Counted from the first letter of the stretch, positions 8,745-17,979 are shown. The stretch: 32,732 nucleotides of DNA from Candidatus Parcubacteria bacterium (GCA_046051155.1 JBJOOS010000001.1:1-32732); one strand, 5' to 3'. A program made the numbers and translations. The notes: generated by a model not told the origin, from the letters alone.

Positions 8745-9200
8745 ATGAAAACGGACAAAACACGCGTATACGTTTGGCTCGCCGTGCTCGTGGCGGATAT
8801 AATTTTGTTGAGCATCGCTTTGAGTGGCGGGATCACCTTTGATATTTTTCAACTAATATTTGTCTTCTCAGCTCTGTTCATCACCGCCGTTCCGGTTCGG
8901 ATTTCTGAAAGTAGTAGCCGTTTTAAGAATTGGTTTGGATACGGGATACCGATTGCGTTGCTGTTGCCGGTCATATACTTCGTATACGACTATTACACAT
9001 GCACGGGTAAATTTTGCCAACTTGGCGATATGATTTCTGGAGGGTTGTTCTGCATCGGAGCGGCACTGTTCGCACTTTTCTACACATTTGGCCTGTACGC
9101 TCGGAGGTGGAGGGAGGCATTCGCCCTCTCTGTTTTGGTGGTTGAGTTGGTACTATTAGTATGGGTTGGCTCTCGAATAATTTCCGCAAGCACGATGTAA
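8745..9200 (+). CDS. Hypothetical integral membrane protein (about 4 TM)
   Basis: The track ORF 8556-9200 begins inside tRNA-Pro, so I used the first ATG after the tRNA (MKTDKTRVYVWLAVLVADIILL...). The region is visibly AT-richer than its surroundings. No family recognised. Confidence 0.55.
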   Translation: MKTDKTRVYVWLAVLVADIILLSIALSGGITFDIFQLIFVFSALFITAVPVRISESSSRFKNWFGYGIPIALLLPVIYFVYDYYTCTGKFCQLGDMISGGLFCIGAALFALFYTFGLYARRWREAFALSVLVVELVLLVWVGSRIISASTM

Positions 9201-9204
9201 CATA

Positions 9205-9873
9205 TTACTGGAAAGAATATCCTAGAACATCGAAATCCTTGGAGCCATACCTGGTCGCCCAGTAGAGATAGTCGGGTGTGATTATCTCCGGGACCATGCG
9301 AGACGTGACGAGATCTTCAGTGCGTAGCTGCTCATAGACCAAGTCCGCACAGGTTGTTCTCTTATGCCCAACCTCTGGTAGGCCGAATGTATAATCGGGG
9401 TCGTTTGCAACCCGTATCAACGCACTACTCATGTCGGCTACTTCCGATTCACTATCTTTCGGGCGCATGATGACAAACGTGCGGACATCATCATTAAACC
9501 AGTCACTTCCCGACAGCTGCGTAACTTGAATATCGTCTTTGGACTGTTTTTCAGTCCCAACCGCTTCTACGATCTGATCACCGCCAACATAGTAGGCCAC
9601 ATGTGTGAAAAAGGGGTGCGCGAGCGTATCGAAGAGCCAGGTGCGCTTCGTGATGTATCTACGAATGAGGATATCACCAGGCAACAACGCACAGGTACGT
9701 ATTGTAGTGCACTGCACGTGAGTAGCGGCGAGCGAGCTCGTAACTTGTTCTGCAGTCAATCGAAATAAGTTTGCGTATACGGCCTCCTCGACAGACACCC
9801 ACCGCATACAGACAAACAATCCAGCTCCGACAACGAGCGTCACGGCTATGGATAACGCAATTCTATTCCACAT
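9205..9873 (-). CDS. Permuted papain-like amidase, C92/YiiX-like, N-terminally anchored
   Basis: 222 aa. The motif order PGDILIRR ... THVAYYVGGDQIVEA ... VIMRP ... YTFG ... TCADLVYE fits the YiiX/C92 family from memory. An N-terminal TM helix is present. Confidence 0.6.
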   Translation of the reverse strand: MWNRIALSIAVTLVVGAGLFVCMRWVSVEEAVYANLFRLTAEQVTSSLAATHVQCTTIRTCALLPGDILIRRYITKRTWLFDTLAHPFFTHVAYYVGGDQIVEAVGTEKQSKDDIQVTQLSGSDWFNDDVRTFVIMRPKDSESEVADMSSALIRVANDPDYTFGLPEVGHKRTTCADLVYEQLRTEDLVTSRMVPEIITPDYLYWATRYGSKDFDVLGYSFQ

Positions 9874-9876
9874 TTC

Positions 9877-9953
9877 TGGTGCGCTCTATAGGATTCGAAC
9901 CTATGACCTTTCGCGTGTGAAGCGAACGCTCTAACCAACTGAGCTAAGAGCGC
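9877..9953 (-). tRNA. tRNA-Val (anticodon CAC), CCA encoded
   Basis: gcgctcttagctcagttggttagagcgttcgcttCACacgcgaaaggtcataggttcgaatcctatagagcgcacca. The 3' end lies 3 nt before the ATG of the C92-like gene. Confidence 0.9.
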
Positions 9954-10003
9954 GAACACGCTTCACCTTATCAGAAATGCGCGCAGATTCCCAGACAAGA
10001 TAT

Positions 10004-11254
10004 CTAGAATGCGGCAAACCCGTTTGGAGTCCCAAGACCGGTCGGGCCATCATAGCCCACGAGAGCAGTGCAGAGGAGCGAGCCGCCACACGAGCCATTG
10101 GAACCAGAGACCACGTCGTGAAGACTGGTGGAGCTACCCTGACTGTACGGGAGCTGTGGCGACAGTGAGCCTCCGCCGAGCAGATACGATGCAGCGATGA
10201 TGGGCGACGCAAGCGAGGTTCCACCGACCTGGAACCAGCCCGACTGGCCACTGTAACGCACACTGTCGTAGACAGCCGCTCCGGTAGCTGGATCGGCCAC
10301 AGCCGAGACGTCAGAGACGGTTCGTCGGGCACAGGAGCCGTTGGTCTGCCACGTCGGCTTGGGCTCATAGGCGCTACAGCCGCTTCCTGTCCCGAGCCAC
10401 GCGGCCTCGCCGCCGTAACTGCCGTCAGGATTAAAGACCAGCGAAGTGCCGCCAACCGCTGTCACATAGCGAGACGCGGCTGGATATTCTACTCCGTATC
10501 CATTGTCTCCCGCAGATGCCGTAATACTAATCCCTGGCTTATTGAAGTGTCCGTCATACGATGATGAAGTCTCGCTAGAGAATTCCCCGCCTCCCCACGA
10601 ATTAGAAATCGCATTGGCACCAAGCGTTGCCGCGCGATCTTCTGCGGTAAGCAGATTTGAGTAGCTTGATGAGTCAGCTTCGACAAGGAGAATACTGCAG
10701 TTCTGACACATTGCGTGAGCAGACTCCACGTCGAGAGCGACCTCGAGAGCCCAGCCAGAATTCACCGCCGGGTAACGAGTGCCGCCACGCTGATCCACCT
10801 TTTGGAAACAGGGCGTCGGAGACGAAGCAACCGCGACCGTACAGGTCGGCAGCGAAGAAATACCGAACGTCGAGGAATACTTTGCAAGGTCAGCAATAAT
10901 ATTGGGATCGTCGTATGCATCAACGATAGCGAGGACCTTGCGTCCTGAGACGGCTGTTTGGGACCCATAGGCGGCATGAAGGTTGGCGGGAGATAGTCCC
11001 GATGGCAGTGTGTTGGTTAGGGGTATATTCCCCGCGTCAGTCACCACTCGAACATCGCAGGCCGCTCCACCCTCAACCGCGTCGGCACAGACACGAGAGT
11101 GGTGTACGTTTCGAACCGTGTTGAACAGGTCATTCAAGTGACCCTGCCTCTGATCTGATGGTTCGGACGAATTAATCCCCCTATCGGCGAGAGCAGACGG
11201 GCCGAAGCTTGCGAGTAAGCCAACCACGATTATTAATAGAGTTTTTTTATGCAT
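10004..11254 (-). CDS. Secreted S53 (sedolisin/kumamolisin-like) serine-carboxyl peptidase
   Basis: 416 aa with a signal peptide (MHKKTLLIIVVGLLASFGPSALA). Contains LSPANLHAAYG...KVLAIVDAYDDPNIIADLAKYSSTFG, E..LD in ALEVALDVE, SWGG, and the Ser motif GGTSLASP. Confidence 0.78.
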   Translation of the reverse strand: MHKKTLLIIVVGLLASFGPSALADRGINSSEPSDQRQGHLNDLFNTVRNVHHSRVCADAVEGGAACDVRVVTDAGNIPLTNTLPSGLSPANLHAAYGSQTAVSGRKVLAIVDAYDDPNIIADLAKYSSTFGISSLPTCTVAVASSPTPCFQKVDQRGGTRYPAVNSGWALEVALDVESAHAMCQNCSILLVEADSSSYSNLLTAEDRAATLGANAISNSWGGGEFSSETSSSYDGHFNKPGISITASAGDNGYGVEYPAASRYVTAVGGTSLVFNPDGSYGGEAAWLGTGSGCSAYEPKPTWQTNGSCARRTVSDVSAVADPATGAAVYDSVRYSGQSGWFQVGGTSLASPIIAASYLLGGGSLSPQLPYSQGSSTSLHDVVSGSNGSCGGSLLCTALVGYDGPTGLGTPNGFAAF

Positions 11255-11303
11255 GGAGGTAGTAGTTGCTTGGCCGCTCTAAATAGAGTTGCCGACGGTC
11301 TTC

Positions 11304-11720
11304 TTACCAACCTGTGATAATCGCACCCATCACCGCGAGCGAGAGAAGCGAACAGAAACATTCAAACAGCCACAGCTTGTAGCTTCTCTTCAGCCAAATC
11401 ACTTCCATCGAAGACGAGGTGACGAGGAGTCCGAGCCACGCCCACGCGGCGCAGATAGCCCCCTTGTACCACGTTTCTGCTCCCATCACTGGTGAAGAAA
11501 ATACTACCCACATCGCGCCAGCGAAGACGGTCGCAGTCACGAGATTCGCGACGAAGTTCCACAGCATCTGCGGCACCATGTCTGAGAACTTTTCATTCCC
11601 CGTAGGGACTATGTTGGAGAGTCTCATCCAGAGCTTGCCTGCGACTGGTCCGTGCATCAAGAACCCGACGACGAACATCGCGAGCGCCGCTACAAACACT
11701 GCTACAAAGTTTATTTCCAT
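11304..11720 (-). CDS. DUF1761-like membrane protein
   Basis: 138 aa. MEINFVAVFVAALAMFVVGFLMHGPVAGKLWMRL resembles the DUF1761 N-terminus. 4 TM helices predicted. Confidence 0.65.
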   Translation of the reverse strand: MEINFVAVFVAALAMFVVGFLMHGPVAGKLWMRLSNIVPTGNEKFSDMVPQMLWNFVANLVTATVFAGAMWVVFSSPVMGAETWYKGAICAAWAWLGLLVTSSSMEVIWLKRSYKLWLFECFCSLLSLAVMGAIITGW

Positions 11721-11729
11721 ACCGTTTGG

Positions 11730-12194
11730 TTAACTGTTAAAGGCTTCTTCGAGCTTAGCAACATCAAACTTCTTCATCTTAAGAAACGCTTGCGTGACCT
11801 TCCCTATCTTCCCCTTGTCCCCGCTCGCCATCATCGTGTCCATCGCGGTGGGTACCACCTGCCACGAGAGCCCGTACTTATCCTTAAGCCACCCGCACTG
11901 ACTCTCGCTCCCACCGCCCGCGGTGAGCTTCTCCCAGTAATAGTCTACCTCTTTTTGGTCTTCGCATTTGATAACAAGGGATATCGCCTCGGTGAACTTA
12001 AACATCGGTCCCGCAGTCATCAGACTCAACTCTTGATCAAATATCGTGAGCGTCGCCATCTCCACATTTCCTGACGGCGTATCCGAGAGCTCGCCAGCGC
12101 TACGCAGGGTCGCGTTTGGAAACACAGAAAGGTAAAAGTCAGTAATCTCCTTAAGATTTTTATCGAACCAGAGAAACGGGGTTAGTTTTTTCAT
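11730..12194 (-). CDS. VOC-superfamily protein, PhnB / 3-demethylubiquinone-9 3-methyltransferase-domain like
   Basis: 154 aa. ITPFLWF-type start (LTPFLWFDKN) and CGWLKDKYGLSWQVVP are characteristic of this family. Confidence 0.75.
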   Translation of the reverse strand: MKKLTPFLWFDKNLKEITDFYLSVFPNATLRSAGELSDTPSGNVEMATLTIFDQELSLMTAGPMFKFTEAISLVIKCEDQKEVDYYWEKLTAGGGSESQCGWLKDKYGLSWQVVPTAMDTMMASGDKGKIGKVTQAFLKMKKFDVAKLEEAFNS

Positions 12195-12226
12195 ATGCCA
12201 ATTGTAGCACTCGGGCTCAAAAACTT

Positions 12227-12302
12227 TGGTGGACCCTAGGAGATTCGAACTCCTGACCCCCTCATTGCAAATGAGGTGCTCTACCAGCTGAGCTAAGGGC
12301 CC
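12227..12302 (-). tRNA. tRNA-Ala (anticodon UGC), CCA encoded
   Basis: gggcccttagctcagctggtagagcacctcattTGCaatgagggggtcaggagttcgaatctcctagggtccacca. G3:U70 is present. Confidence 0.9.
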
Positions 12303-12338
12303 ACCAAAACCTTCGATATTCTTATGCCCTGTATCCTA

Positions 12339-12953
12339 TCATTTCTTTCCGATAATTTGAAGCCATACCGTTTTCCCCGACGGGCTCGGGTTTCGAAATT
12401 TTAGAGCAATGGCTAGTCCTGCGTTCCTGAAGTACTGCTCCAACTCGCTCATGGTGAAGTAGCTGAAAAAGCGCTCGTAGTCGTACCCGTAGTCGTTTTC
12501 CTTTAACATTTCTTCATCTGGCTTCCCTTCGCGCAATTCTTTAACTGCAATGTAGAGTAGTCCACCCGGCACGAGACGTTGTGCCATTTTCCTCACCACG
12601 TTTTCTGCATCTTTCTTGGGGATATGGAGTAACGATGCTTGCGCGAACACGCCGTCAAACATTTCCGGCATGGAGTCGAGCTCCGTCATTGAGATCTGCC
12701 TAAAGTCGCCCTCTGGCACTTCGCGCCTCGCTATGTCGAGCAGTTTGTCGGAAATGTCGATACCGACAACTGCAAAGCCGTGTGCAACCAAATACTCCGC
12801 CTTCACTCCACTGCCACAGCCGACGTCGAGCACCCGTGCGTTCTCCGGCAATTCGTGTATGAATGCATCCGTGCCCTCCATCCACCAGTCGTCCTGCGTG
12901 TGGTCGCGGTGCCACTCTTCAGCAATACGATTATAGGTTTCTCTTAGGTCCAT
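12339..12953 (-). CDS. Class I SAM-dependent methyltransferase
   Basis: Motif I VLDVGCGSGVKAEYL and post-I VVGIDISDKLL. ATG 12953 lies 1 nt after the ddl stop; the track's TTG at 12965 is the alternative start. Confidence 0.8.
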   Translation of the reverse strand: MDLRETYNRIAEEWHRDHTQDDWWMEGTDAFIHELPENARVLDVGCGSGVKAEYLVAHGFAVVGIDISDKLLDIARREVPEGDFRQISMTELDSMPEMFDGVFAQASLLHIPKKDAENVVRKMAQRLVPGGLLYIAVKELREGKPDEEMLKENDYGYDYERFFSYFTMSELEQYFRNAGLAIALKFRNPSPSGKTVWLQIIGKK

Positions 12954-12954
12954 T

Positions 12955-13917
12955 TTATCTTTCAAGAGCCAAGTTAATCAGGTGAGAGAAGAACGCGGAA
13001 AGCGTGATGCCGACCGTCGAGAGCTCGATAGGCACGTTTGACTCGGTGGTGAGCCCGGGGAGTGTGTTCGTTTCCAAGTAATAAATGCCCTTCGGCGTGA
13101 CGATGAAGTCGCTCCGCGAATAGTGGCGGAGACCAAGCGCGCGATGTATCACCTTCGCCTGTCGCTGGAGCTCTTCAGAAACGGTGCGGGAGAAGTTACC
13201 CGGACACACGTGGCGCGAGGTACCAGAATACTTCGCATCGTAGCTATAGAAGTCTCCGCTCGGCGGGAGAATCTCTACCGAAGGGAGAGTATAGAGCTCT
13301 TCTCCCCGCATATTCTCGACCACGCCGACGGTCGCTTCCCTCCCGCGAACGCGATCTTCGACGAGTACCGTCGGCGCGCCGTCGGCAAAGAGCTTGTTAA
13401 TCGCCGAGAGTACGGGCGCGTAGCCGCCCACGACCGCCACACCGATTGAAGAGCCCCAGGAATTCGGCTTCACCACTACGGGCTGGTGCATGTTGCGTAT
13501 CGCCTCGCGCGCACCAGCCTCCGCATCTTCGGCGCACTCGATGTAGTAGTGATTCGGAGTAAGAAGCCCTGCTTCTTTGGCGCGCGCTTTGGACATCAGC
13601 TTATGCATCGCGAGGTACGAGCCAAATGAATCGGAGCCCGCGTAGGGTACACCGAAGCGCTCGAGGAGCTTCTGTACCCCGCCATCTTCGCCATACTCGC
13701 CGTGGAGCCCAATAAGCACCGCGTCGAGCTGTCGCAGGATGCGCTCGGGCGCTGTCGGCTTACCGCGGTCATGCCACTGCCCTTTTTTATCGATATAGAT
13801 GTCGCGCACGACATACTGGTCCTCCGGCAGATTAGCGATAATGGCAGCGCCAGTCTTGAGCGAGACTTCGTGCTCTCTTGAAGGCCCGCCTCGCAGTACG
13901 CCAACGACTGTTTGCAT
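12955..13917 (-). CDS. ddl: D-alanine--D-alanine ligase
   Basis: About 320 aa. Contains VLRGGPSREHEVSLKTG, GLHGEYGEDGGVQKLLERFGVPYAGS, and an ATP-grasp C-terminus LETNTLPGLT. Start is ATG 13917 or GTG 13920. Confidence 0.9.
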   Translation of the reverse strand: MQTVVGVLRGGPSREHEVSLKTGAAIIANLPEDQYVVRDIYIDKKGQWHDRGKPTAPERILRQLDAVLIGLHGEYGEDGGVQKLLERFGVPYAGSDSFGSYLAMHKLMSKARAKEAGLLTPNHYYIECAEDAEAGAREAIRNMHQPVVVKPNSWGSSIGVAVVGGYAPVLSAINKLFADGAPTVLVEDRVRGREATVGVVENMRGEELYTLPSVEILPPSGDFYSYDAKYSGTSRHVCPGNFSRTVSEELQRQAKVIHRALGLRHYSRSDFIVTPKGIYYLETNTLPGLTTESNVPIELSTVGITLSAFFSHLINLALER

Positions 13918-13969
13918 CACTGAAGTATAGCAAGCTGAAGCTGCAACCTACAAACAGAGTTGAATTGGC

Positions 13970-15253
13970 CTAGCGGCCGGAGCGCTCTGTTTGTGGTTTA
14001 CTGCGAAGCGTGCGTGAACGTGCTTTGCGATGGAGAGCGAGCGAGAAGCGGTGTGCCTCGCTGTTGGCGAGCACTGCGTCGGCTTCGCTCAGGCCCGCAC
14101 GGCGCGCACCGATGACTTCGCGCGGGCGGTGCCGCTCGTCCTTCACCACTGCGCACACGGGAATGTGTATGTTCAATCCTGCAAGCACGCTTTCTGCGGC
14201 TTTTTTATGAGTCGTACCACCGTCTATGACTATCGCTTGGGGGAACGCCCATTCAGGATGATTCAATCGCCGAGACAGAATTTCTCTGAGTGATGCTATA
14301 TCGTCATTTTTAGTAACCCCGCGGATGCGGAAGGTGCGGTACTCGCGTTTGACGGGTACGCCGTCTGCGACCACGGTCATCACGCCAATCGCGTTTGTGC
14401 CCGAGAGATGCGCAGTGTCGTATGCCTCAATGCGCGAAGCAGAAGTCGTGGAGCCGTTTAGATTTTCATCTTTGATGAGCGATACGTCTTGAATATGGTC
14501 GAGTGCGAAGAGCTGCCGGCGCGCGGTAGACGCATCTTCAAATCGCTCTTCACTCGCCGCGCTTCTCATCTCCCGCTCAAGCGTCTTGCGTAACTGCTTC
14601 CCGCGACCACTCAAAAACAGCATCACATTGCGTATCGTGCGGCGGTACTCTTTTGGGTCTATGTTGTGCGGGTACTGATTTATCTGCTTATTGAATTCTA
14701 TTTTTGCCTCCTGGTGCTTGCTCTTGGTTCCCACCGGCTTCGGCGTATCGAAAAACGGGAAGATGCGGCGAATGAGTCGTAACCCCTCACGCAGCTGCGG
14801 TCCCGAGGGAAACGGCCCGTATATCGCTTTATATTTTTGCCGTAAGGTGTCACCTCGCGAAGAAAGCATACTCTTGTTGTTGAAGTCGATGTCGCTACCG
14901 CGGATGGCAAGTACGCGCGGAATCTCTTCTTCGGTAATGACTGCATAGAGAAACGTCTTTCCGTCTTTGCCGTCGCTATTTGCCGGCGGGTTATATTTTT
15001 TAATAAGCGCCGCTTCGTACACGAGCGCCTCCAGTATCGTCGGCGTCGTCTCGTGTGCGATACGGTCGGCCTTCGTGACCATATCGACAATACGCGGGCC
15101 GCGAGTCGCTATGAGGTCGTCGTCGAAGTAGGACCGTACGCGGTCGCGCAGCGACGTCGCCTTCCCTACATACAAGACCTTCCTTCCCTTCTTAAAGAAA
15201 TAGACGCCCGGCAGGTCCGGCAGGTCGAACTTATTTAGATCGCTTCGTTGCAT
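13970..15253 (-). CDS. uvrC: Excinuclease ABC subunit C, minimal 427-aa form
   Basis: GIY-YIG (LPGVYFFKKGRKVLYVGKATSLRDRVRSYF), UVR motif (EERFEDASTARRQLFALDHI) and endonuclease motif RIEAYDTAHLSGTN. There is no C-terminal HhH pair and almost no linker after the UVR motif. Confidence 0.85.
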   Translation of the reverse strand: MQRSDLNKFDLPDLPGVYFFKKGRKVLYVGKATSLRDRVRSYFDDDLIATRGPRIVDMVTKADRIAHETTPTILEALVYEAALIKKYNPPANSDGKDGKTFLYAVITEEEIPRVLAIRGSDIDFNNKSMLSSRGDTLRQKYKAIYGPFPSGPQLREGLRLIRRIFPFFDTPKPVGTKSKHQEAKIEFNKQINQYPHNIDPKEYRRTIRNVMLFLSGRGKQLRKTLEREMRSAASEERFEDASTARRQLFALDHIQDVSLIKDENLNGSTTSASRIEAYDTAHLSGTNAIGVMTVVADGVPVKREYRTFRIRGVTKNDDIASLREILSRRLNHPEWAFPQAIVIDGGTTHKKAAESVLAGLNIHIPVCAVVKDERHRPREVIGARRAGLSEADAVLANSEAHRFSLALHRKARSRTLRSKPQTERSGR

Positions 15254-17873
15254 GGCGTCGCAGTGCCTTCCTCAGATACTCGCCTGTGTGAGACCCGTCC
15301 GTATCGGCGACTTCTTCTGGAGAGCCCTTAGCAATAACTTTACCACCGCCAGAGCCGCCTTCCGGACCGAAGTCGATAAGATAGTCCGCACTCTTTATCA
15401 CGTCGAGATTGTGCTCGATGACGACGACCGTATTGCCGCGACGCACGAGCTCCTGGAGAATCTCGATGAGCTTGGCAACGTCTTCATAGTGGAGGCCGAC
15501 GGTCGGCTCGTCGAGCAGGTAGAGCGTCTTCATCGTCATCGAGCGGAAGAGCTCGCTCGCTATCTTCACGCGCTGCGCTTCCCCGCCCGAGAGCGTCGTC
15601 GCGCTCTGCCCAAGCGTAAGGTATTGGAGTCCTGTTGAATTCAAGCTCTGCAGACGCTCGGCGATAGCAGGAATGTCGGCAAAGAACTTCTCAGCCTCTT
15701 CGATAGTCATCTGCAATACTTCGTAAATATTCTTTCCGCGGAAGGTGACCTCGAGCGTTTCCTTCATAAATCGCTTCCCCATGCAGATATCGCAGGTGAC
15801 GTAGACCGTCGGGAGGAAGTGCATCTCGACCGCGATAGAGCCGTTGCCCTGACACGCTTCGCAGCGGCCGCCCGGCACGTTGAAGGAGAATCGGCCCGGC
15901 TTCCATCCTCGCGCCCGTGCCTCCGAAGTCGCAGCGAAGAGATCGCGAATATGCGTGAAGGAGCCGGTGTAGGTCGCGGGATTGCTGCGGGGCGTGCGGC
16001 CGATTGGCGACTGGTCGATGAGGATCGTGCGGCCGACATACTCGCTGCCTGTAAGCGAGGCTATGTGCTCGAGCTTCGCTTCGCGCTTAGCCGCGCGTGC
16101 GGCCAAATTTTTATGCAAAATATCGTAGAGGAAGGTCGACTTACCACTGCCCGAGACACCCGTGATGCACACGAGCTTCCCGAGCGGGACATCAACGTTC
16201 TGATTCTTCATGTTGTGGAGAGTCGCACCGCGCACTTTTATCCAGCCCTTCTCGCTGGTGCGGCGCTCCTCTGGCAGTGCGACCTCTTTTTCTTGGCGGA
16301 GATACGCGAGCGTCAGAGAGCCGCTCTCGTTCTTCTTGGCGGTGAGCAAGTCATCAAGCCAGCCTGAAGCGACAATTTTGCCGCCGTGCGTGCCTGCGCC
16401 CGGACCGACATCGATAATATAATCGGCAGAATAAATCGTGTCTTCGTCGTGCTCAACGACGATGATCGTGTTGCCGAGATCTTTGAGCGTGAGGAGTGTC
16501 TTAATGAGGCGGTCGTTGTCGCGCTGGTGGAGACCGATGGTCGGCTCGTCGAGCACGTAGAGAGCGCCCGTGAGACCGCTCCCGAGCTGAGACGCGAGGC
16601 GGATGCGTTGCGCTTCTCCGCCCGAGAGGGTCGCGGCAGAACGGTTGAGCGTAAGGTAGTCGAGCCCGACATTGAGCATAAAAATCAGGCGGCTGTCGAT
16701 TTCTTTCAGAATGGGCGCGGCGATTTCTTCTTTCATTTCCGAAAGTTCTATGGAGTCTACGAATTCTTTTGCATCTGCTATCGAGAAATTGGTGAAATCT
16801 ACAATAGACTTGCCGAGCGTTTTGTCCTTTTTACTCTTCAAGTACACGCGGAGCGCTTCGGGGCGCAGACGCTTCCCAACGCAAACCGGACACACTTCTT
16901 CTGAAAAGAGTGATTCCGTCCCGAGACCGTGACAGGCCGGGCATGCGCCGTAGGGCGAGTTAAATGAGAAGAGGCGCGGCTCTACTTCTGGGAACGACGC
17001 ACCGTCTTCGGGACAGATAAACTTCGACGAGAGCGTCTCGAGAGTGCCGTCAGCGTGCTTAATTTTCACGAGGCCATTCGCCTCTTTGAGCGCGAGCTCG
17101 AGCGCTTCAGAGAGGCGCTCGCGAGCGCTCTGGGTCGAGCGTGCAAATTCAGACACAAATATGCTATCTACGAGCACGTCGATATCGTGGCGTTTGTTCC
17201 TATCGAGCGATATTTTCTCGCGGAGCGACTGCTCCTTGCCGTCGATAACCACGCGCTCGTACCCCTTGCCGAGGAGATCGTAGAGCATTTGGTAGTACTC
17301 TCCTTTGCGGCCCACAACTACCGGAGCAGAGAGCGTGACGGCACTCTTATCGACAGCGACACCCATCACGCTCGTGCTCGTTGTCGCGCGCTTTGCTTCG
17401 ACACGATTGAAAACCATTTTAATCATCTCTTCTTTGGAAAGACGCACGATAGGCACGTCATGGTGAATACAGTACGGTTGACCTGCGCGTGCGTAGAGCA
17501 CACGCAGATAGTCGTAAATTTCGGTCACGGTCGCGACAGTCGAGCGCGGATTGTTGGAGCGGCTCTTCTGGTCTATTGAAATGGCTGGCGAGAGGCCAGT
17601 AATCTCGTCTACATCTGGCTTCGCCATCTGGTTTAAAAATTGCCGCGCATAGGCAGAAAGTGACTCCACGTAGCGGCGCTGACCTTCGGCGAAGATAGTA
17701 TCAAAAGCGAGCGATGATTTGCCTGAACCAGAAAGACCCGTGATGACCGTCATCGCGCCGCGCGGCATCTCTACCGTGACGTTCTTCAGGTTGTGGGTAC
17801 GCGCACCCTTCACGCGAAGCCAGTCGCTCCCGTGCTTGTGTGTATGCTCTTCTTTGGCGCTTTGTTTCTTCAT
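15231..17873 (-). CDS. uvrA: Excinuclease ABC subunit A (880 aa, insertion domain missing)
   Basis: Two ABC ATPase modules ([14 protein letters not shown]; [13 protein letters not shown]), signatures LSGGEAQRI and LSGGEAQRV, and Zn modules CPAC...CPVC and CEAC...CDIC. Overlaps uvrC by 23 nt. Confidence 0.95.
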   Translation of the reverse strand: MKKQSAKEEHTHKHGSDWLRVKGARTHNLKNVTVEMPRGAMTVITGLSGSGKSSLAFDTIFAEGQRRYVESLSAYARQFLNQMAKPDVDEITGLSPAISIDQKSRSNNPRSTVATVTEIYDYLRVLYARAGQPYCIHHDVPIVRLSKEEMIKMVFNRVEAKRATTSTSVMGVAVDKSAVTLSAPVVVGRKGEYYQMLYDLLGKGYERVVIDGKEQSLREKISLDRNKRHDIDVLVDSIFVSEFARSTQSARERLSEALELALKEANGLVKIKHADGTLETLSSKFICPEDGASFPEVEPRLFSFNSPYGACPACHGLGTESLFSEEVCPVCVGKRLRPEALRVYLKSKKDKTLGKSIVDFTNFSIADAKEFVDSIELSEMKEEIAAPILKEIDSRLIFMLNVGLDYLTLNRSAATLSGGEAQRIRLASQLGSGLTGALYVLDEPTIGLHQRDNDRLIKTLLTLKDLGNTIIVVEHDEDTIYSADYIIDVGPGAGTHGGKIVASGWLDDLLTAKKNESGSLTLAYLRQEKEVALPEERRTSEKGWIKVRGATLHNMKNQNVDVPLGKLVCITGVSGSGKSTFLYDILHKNLAARAAKREAKLEHIASLTGSEYVGRTILIDQSPIGRTPRSNPATYTGSFTHIRDLFAATSEARARGWKPGRFSFNVPGGRCEACQGNGSIAVEMHFLPTVYVTCDICMGKRFMKETLEVTFRGKNIYEVLQMTIEEAEKFFADIPAIAERLQSLNSTGLQYLTLGQSATTLSGGEAQRVKIASELFRSMTMKTLYLLDEPTVGLHYEDVAKLIEILQELVRRGNTVVVIEHNLDVIKSADYLIDFGPEGGSGGGKVIAKGSPEEVADTDGSHTGEYLRKALRRHATKRSK

Positions 17874-17931
17874 TTGGGTATTGAAACCCCTGCCCGTGGA
17901 GGGGCAGGTACGGTTAGACTATAGCGCAGAA

Positions 17932-17969
17932 ATAGGAAAAGGGGGAGCACACCAGCGTGTGACACCCCC
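17932..17969 (-). terminator. Intrinsic terminator after the 32-aa peptide gene
   Basis: The minus strand reads gggggtgtcacac-gctg-gtgtgctccccc followed by ttttcctatttctg. The stem is imperfect (5 bp + bulge + 5 bp). Confidence 0.55.
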
Positions 17970-17979
17970 TCGTTCAGCC

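Noticed and set aside
9931-10455. 174-aa minus-strand ORF overlapping tRNA-Val and the 3' part of the S53 peptidase gene.
   Set aside because: It is an alternative frame of a gene with clear S53 motifs. It is Arg/Ser/Pro-rich and overlaps a tRNA.
17893-17909. 7-bp hairpin cctgccc-gtggag-gggcagg just upstream of uvrA, considered as an attenuator or terminator.
   Set aside because: The stem is short, there is no convincing U-tract in the minus orientation (only ggtttc), and a better terminator lies 30 nt upstream. I left it as an unexplained leader structure.
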